Source of the DNA: Myxococcota bacterium
GTDB taxonomy: Bacteria > Myxococcota_A > UBA9160 > JAFDDA01
NCBI GenBank assembly: GCA_965228475.1
Contig: OZ245817.1
Span: 4,448,001-4,512,000 of the forward strand
Direction of reading: 5' to 3'
DNA: 64,000 nt
Position numbers and translations under genes: made by a program. The notes under the pieces are model-generated. The model had not been told where the DNA came from. It ran no database searches and was given only the letters and a program-made list of their open reading frames with translations. This document shows positions 58,820 to 64,000 of this stretch, in pieces. The first letter of the stretch is position 1, and each line of letters begins with the position of its first letter.

Positions 58820-59671
58820 ATGAGCGAAGCACTCACCGTCACGCCGCTTTCCGGCGTCCTCGGCGCCGAGATCCACGGCGTCGACCTCGCCTCCGGCGCG
58901 ACGCCGGAGGCCGTCGCGAAGATCCGCGCCACGCTGCTCGACGAGGGGGTGGTGGTGATCCGCGGTCAGAAGCTCGATCGCGCCCAGCAGCTCGCCTTCG
59001 CGCGGCAGCTCGGAACCCCGGACGAGCACCCGATCGCGAACTCCATGGAGGAGCACCCGGAGGTCATCCGCGTGGCGAGCCCCAAGGGCGAAGGCGCCTT
59101 CTTCGGCACCTCCTGGCACACGGACAACAGCTTCTTCGAGATGCCGAGCGCGATCACCGTGCTCTACGGCGAGACGATCCCGCCAGCGCGCGGCGACACG
59201 GTCTTCGCCTCGATGGAGCGCGCCTGGGAGACCCTCTCCGCGCCCATGCGGGAGCTCCTCGCTCCGCTCTCAGCGGTCCACTCCGCGGCGCGCGCCTACG
59301 ACCCCCGCACCACGGGCAACGAGAAGTACGAGGGCAAGACCGCCATCTCCTACACGATGTCCGATCGCGTCTACGAGGAGAACGTGCATCCGGTCGTGCG
59401 CACGCACCCCGAGACGGGCCGGAAGAGCCTCTACGTGAACCCGATGTTCACCGAGCGCATCCTCGGCCTGAATCCCAACGAGAGCGATGCGCTGCTCGAG
59501 ATGCTGCACGCCCACTCGACGCGCCCGGACTTCACCTGCCGCGTCTCCTGGGAGCCGGGGCAGCTCACGGTCTGGGACAACCGCTTCGTCCAGCACTACG
59601 CGATCGACGACTACGCGGACTACGAACGCGTCATGTACCGCGTGACGCTCGAGGGCACGCGGCCCGTCTGA
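58820..59671 (+). CDS. TauD/TfdA Fe(II)/2-oxoglutarate dioxygenase
   Basis: WHTD, HPVVRTHPETG, WDNR..QH. Confidence 0.93.
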   Translation: MSEALTVTPLSGVLGAEIHGVDLASGATPEAVAKIRATLLDEGVVVIRGQKLDRAQQLAFARQLGTPDEHPIANSMEEHPEVIRVASPKGEGAFFGTSWHTDNSFFEMPSAITVLYGETIPPARGDTVFASMERAWETLSAPMRELLAPLSAVHSAARAYDPRTTGNEKYEGKTAISYTMSDRVYEENVHPVVRTHPETGRKSLYVNPMFTERILGLNPNESDALLEMLHAHSTRPDFTCRVSWEPGQLTVWDNRFVQHYAIDDYADYERVMYRVTLEGTRPV

Positions 59672-60507
59672 TGCCGCCGCGCCTGCTCGTGCTCGATGCC
59701 TATGCGCCCGAGGGCCGCGCGGCGGTGCGCGGGGCGGGCGGAACCGAAGCCGGCGCACTCTACCGGCGCATGCTCGAAGGCCTCGCCCCCGGCGCGCGCG
59801 TCGACGTCGCATACCCGGCAGATCCGAGCCCGGAGCTCCCGAGCGCCGCGGAACTCTCCGCCTACGACGGCGTCGTCTGGACGGGATCGAGCCTCACCAT
59901 CCACGAATCGGACGACCCGCGCGTGTCGGCGCAGGTCGGCTTCGCCCGGCGCGTCTTCGACGTGGGCGTGCCCTCCTTCGGAAGCTGCTGGGCGGCACAG
60001 CTCGCGGTCGTCGCCGCCGGGGGACGCTGCGCGGCGAGCCCGCGCGGCCGCGAGTTCGGCATCTCCCGGCAGATCGCGCTCGAAGCCTCGGGCCGGGAGC
60101 ACCCGCTCTACGCCGGGAAGCCGGCGACCTTCGATGCCTTCACGAGCCACGCCGACGAGATCGCGGAGCTTCCGTCCGGCGCCACACGCCTGGCCGGGAA
60201 CGCCTGGAGCCACGTGCAGGCCGTCGACGTGCGCCACGGCGCGGGGCGGTTCTGGGCCGTGCAGTACCACCCGGAGTACGACCTCCACGAGGTCGCGTGC
60301 CTGTGCCGCTTGAGGCGCGACGAACTCGTCGCCCAGGGCACCTTCGCGAGCGCCGAAGAGGCGGACCGCTGGATCGAAGCGGCCGAGGCGCTGCACGCGG
60401 ACCCGTCGCAGCGCCCGCCGGGCCTCGAACTCGATGCCTCGCTCGCCGAAGCGGGGAGGACGATCGAGGTCCGCAACTGGCTCGACTCCCTCGGATCCGA
60501 CGCCTAG
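59671..60507 (+). CDS. Class I glutamine amidotransferase-like protein
   Basis: WTGS, FGSCWAAQ, QYHPE. Confidence 0.9.
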   Translation: MPPRLLVLDAYAPEGRAAVRGAGGTEAGALYRRMLEGLAPGARVDVAYPADPSPELPSAAELSAYDGVVWTGSSLTIHESDDPRVSAQVGFARRVFDVGVPSFGSCWAAQLAVVAAGGRCAASPRGREFGISRQIALEASGREHPLYAGKPATFDAFTSHADEIAELPSGATRLAGNAWSHVQAVDVRHGAGRFWAVQYHPEYDLHEVACLCRLRRDELVAQGTFASAEEADRWIEAAEALHADPSQRPPGLELDASLAEAGRTIEVRNWLDSLGSDA

Positions 60508-60510
60508 CCG

Positions 60511-62067
60511 CTAGCGGGCAAGTGCCTTGAAGGCCGCGCGCCAACGGTCCGCTTCGGCCTGGGCCGCGCGGCCCGCCCCCGTGCGCGGGCCGTACAGGCG
60601 GGCGGCGCTCTCCATCATCGCCACCGCCTCCGCCGCGCGCTCGTTGCGCAGCAGGACGATCGCGCAGAGACGCGCGACGTCGCCGAGGTTGCGATCCTCG
60701 CCGATGGCCGCGAGCAGCGTCGCACGCGCGGCGAAGCGCGACTGCTGCGCCTCCCGGGTGGCAGCACGGATCCCGGCGTTGCGGATCTTCAAGTTGGCAT
60801 CGAGCCCCGCCGCGAGCGCGGCGACGAGCGCCTCCTCGTCGACCTCCTCGAGGACGTCCCGCTCGAGCCCGGCCCGGCTGAAGCCCCTCTGCCGCGTGAC
60901 GCCGACGATGGCCGCGTTGTAGCGATCGAGGCGCCAGACACCACCGGCGGGGTTCATGAGGGAAGGGACGGAATCGTCGAGATGGATTCCGCCGTAGAGG
61001 TGCAGGATCTCGTGGGCCAGCGTGCGTCCTTCGCGGTCCGCCGGGTCGAGGCGCACGACGAGCTCGCGCCCGAGATAGTTCGCCTGACCGAGCCGGCGGG
61101 CATTGGCCGTCCGCGGGGACTTCCGGCGCGTGAAGCCGGCCACGATCCCGCGCGGCGGCCCCGCGCCGACGCTCCGGCGCAGGGACTCATGGATCGAAGC
61201 GAGCGCGTCCGAGGCGCCCGCGCTCGAGAAACCCCGGAAGGAAACCGGGATGAACTGGGTTCCGAGCAGCGGACCGAGCCCGCGCGCGGCGCGGCTCAAG
61301 GCGAAGCGCAGCTCGAACCGCCAGCCTTCCCGGGCCCGAACCGTCTCGTCCGCGTAGACGTGGACCGGGACCAGCCGGTTCGGGACGTCCTCATCGCCGA
61401 GCTCCGCCAGGAAGGCGAGTGCGAGCGCCCCGGTGCCCGGCCGGAGGTCCGCCATCAGGAGGGCCATCAGGGCCTGGTGCTTCGCCGGTTCGCGCTCCCC
61501 GCCGGCGAGACTCGCCCGCGCCGCGTCGAGCTGCGCGCGGGGGTCGTAGGGGTGTGCTGCGGCCAGGGCCTGTACGGCCTGCGGAGTGGAAGACGACGGC
61601 TCCCGGGCGAGGCCGGTCAGCGCGAAGCGGCGGGCGTTCACCACCGGGTCGAGGGGCGAAGCCGCGAGCGCGGCGTCCAGGTGTGCGCGCGCCTCGGCCC
61701 GGCCCCCGTCGGCGACCGCGAGCTCCGCCAGGCCGAGACGCGCGCGGCGCTGGCCGGGAGCCCGCTCGACGGCGGCCAGGAAGGAAGCCCGCGCCGCCGC
61801 GGGGTCGCCCTCCGCGAGCGCGACGGCGCCGAGGCCGGCGTGGGCCGCGGCCGAGCCTTCGTTCTGGGCGAGGACCCGGGCGAAGCGGTCGCGCGCGTTG
61901 CGGAGGTCGCCTCCGGCGAGGGCGCGCTCGGCGAGCTTCAAGAGCTGGGTCTCGAAATCGCTCGCGGCGCCGGCTGGGCCCGGCACGGCGAGCCCAGCCA
62001 CGACGGCAATGGCAACGGCGAAGACGACCGCCGCTGCACGCCAGACCGGGGGGAGGATCCGCGAGAT
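60511..62067 (-). CDS. Secreted TPR-containing zinc metallopeptidase-like protein (start uncertain)
   Basis: Signal-like N-terminus, TPR-like repeats, HEILHLYGGIH and SLMN Met-turn. Confidence 0.7.
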   Translation of the reverse strand: MSRILPPVWRAAAVVFAVAIAVVAGLAVPGPAGAASDFETQLLKLAERALAGGDLRNARDRFARVLAQNEGSAAAHAGLGAVALAEGDPAAARASFLAAVERAPGQRRARLGLAELAVADGGRAEARAHLDAALAASPLDPVVNARRFALTGLAREPSSSTPQAVQALAAAHPYDPRAQLDAARASLAGGEREPAKHQALMALLMADLRPGTGALALAFLAELGDEDVPNRLVPVHVYADETVRAREGWRFELRFALSRAARGLGPLLGTQFIPVSFRGFSSAGASDALASIHESLRRSVGAGPPRGIVAGFTRRKSPRTANARRLGQANYLGRELVVRLDPADREGRTLAHEILHLYGGIHLDDSVPSLMNPAGGVWRLDRYNAAIVGVTRQRGFSRAGLERDVLEEVDEEALVAALAAGLDANLKIRNAGIRAATREAQQSRFAARATLLAAIGEDRNLGDVARLCAIVLLRNERAAEAVAMMESAARLYGPRTGAGRAAQAEADRWRAAFKALAR

Positions 62068-62069
62068 GG

Positions 62070-64000
<1,931 letters not shown>

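Noticed and set aside
57240..60507. TauD, amidotransferase and AGCS as a bile-salt/taurine module tied to steroid use
   Set aside because: Substrates cannot be inferred from the motifs and no regulatory link is visible

Overview
A very GC-rich (roughly 70%, judged by eye), gene-dense bacterial segment with about 60 genes. No rRNA, tRNA, CRISPR array or transposase is visible. PEP-CTERM proteins, PilT, HDOD/PilZ and YhcB point to a Gram-negative host, probably Myxococcota-like (inference). Main blocks: (1) an envelope/mechanosensing cluster (yihY, mscL, SigX-like ECF, CfrX-like, CmpX/MscS-like, HerA-like ATPase, DUF4332); (2) an actinobacterial-type sterol side-chain degradation locus (chsH2, ChsE-like ACAD, chsH1, ltp2, fadA5, SDR; two DUF35, ltp4, ltp3, kstR-like), interrupted by three paralogous PEP-CTERM genes with a shared upstream motif; (3) c-di-GMP signalling genes, hydrolases and transporters; (4) a CarH-type B12 photoreceptor heading an operon with a sigma-70 factor and lipid-modifying genes; (5) egtD, an M1 peptidase, a pilT pair, a radical SAM gene, a frameshifted ABC-class ATPase, a large secreted protein, and the 3' part of sucA. 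The most notable observation is four exact matches to the KstR operator consensus TnnAACnnGTTnnA. Two precede the sterol operons, one overlaps the ECF sigma start codon, and one precedes an ~860-aa secreted protein with BPI/LBP (TULIP)-like motifs. That protein is a candidate sterol-capture component of a KstR regulon outside Actinobacteria. All family calls come from motif recognition, not from database searches.
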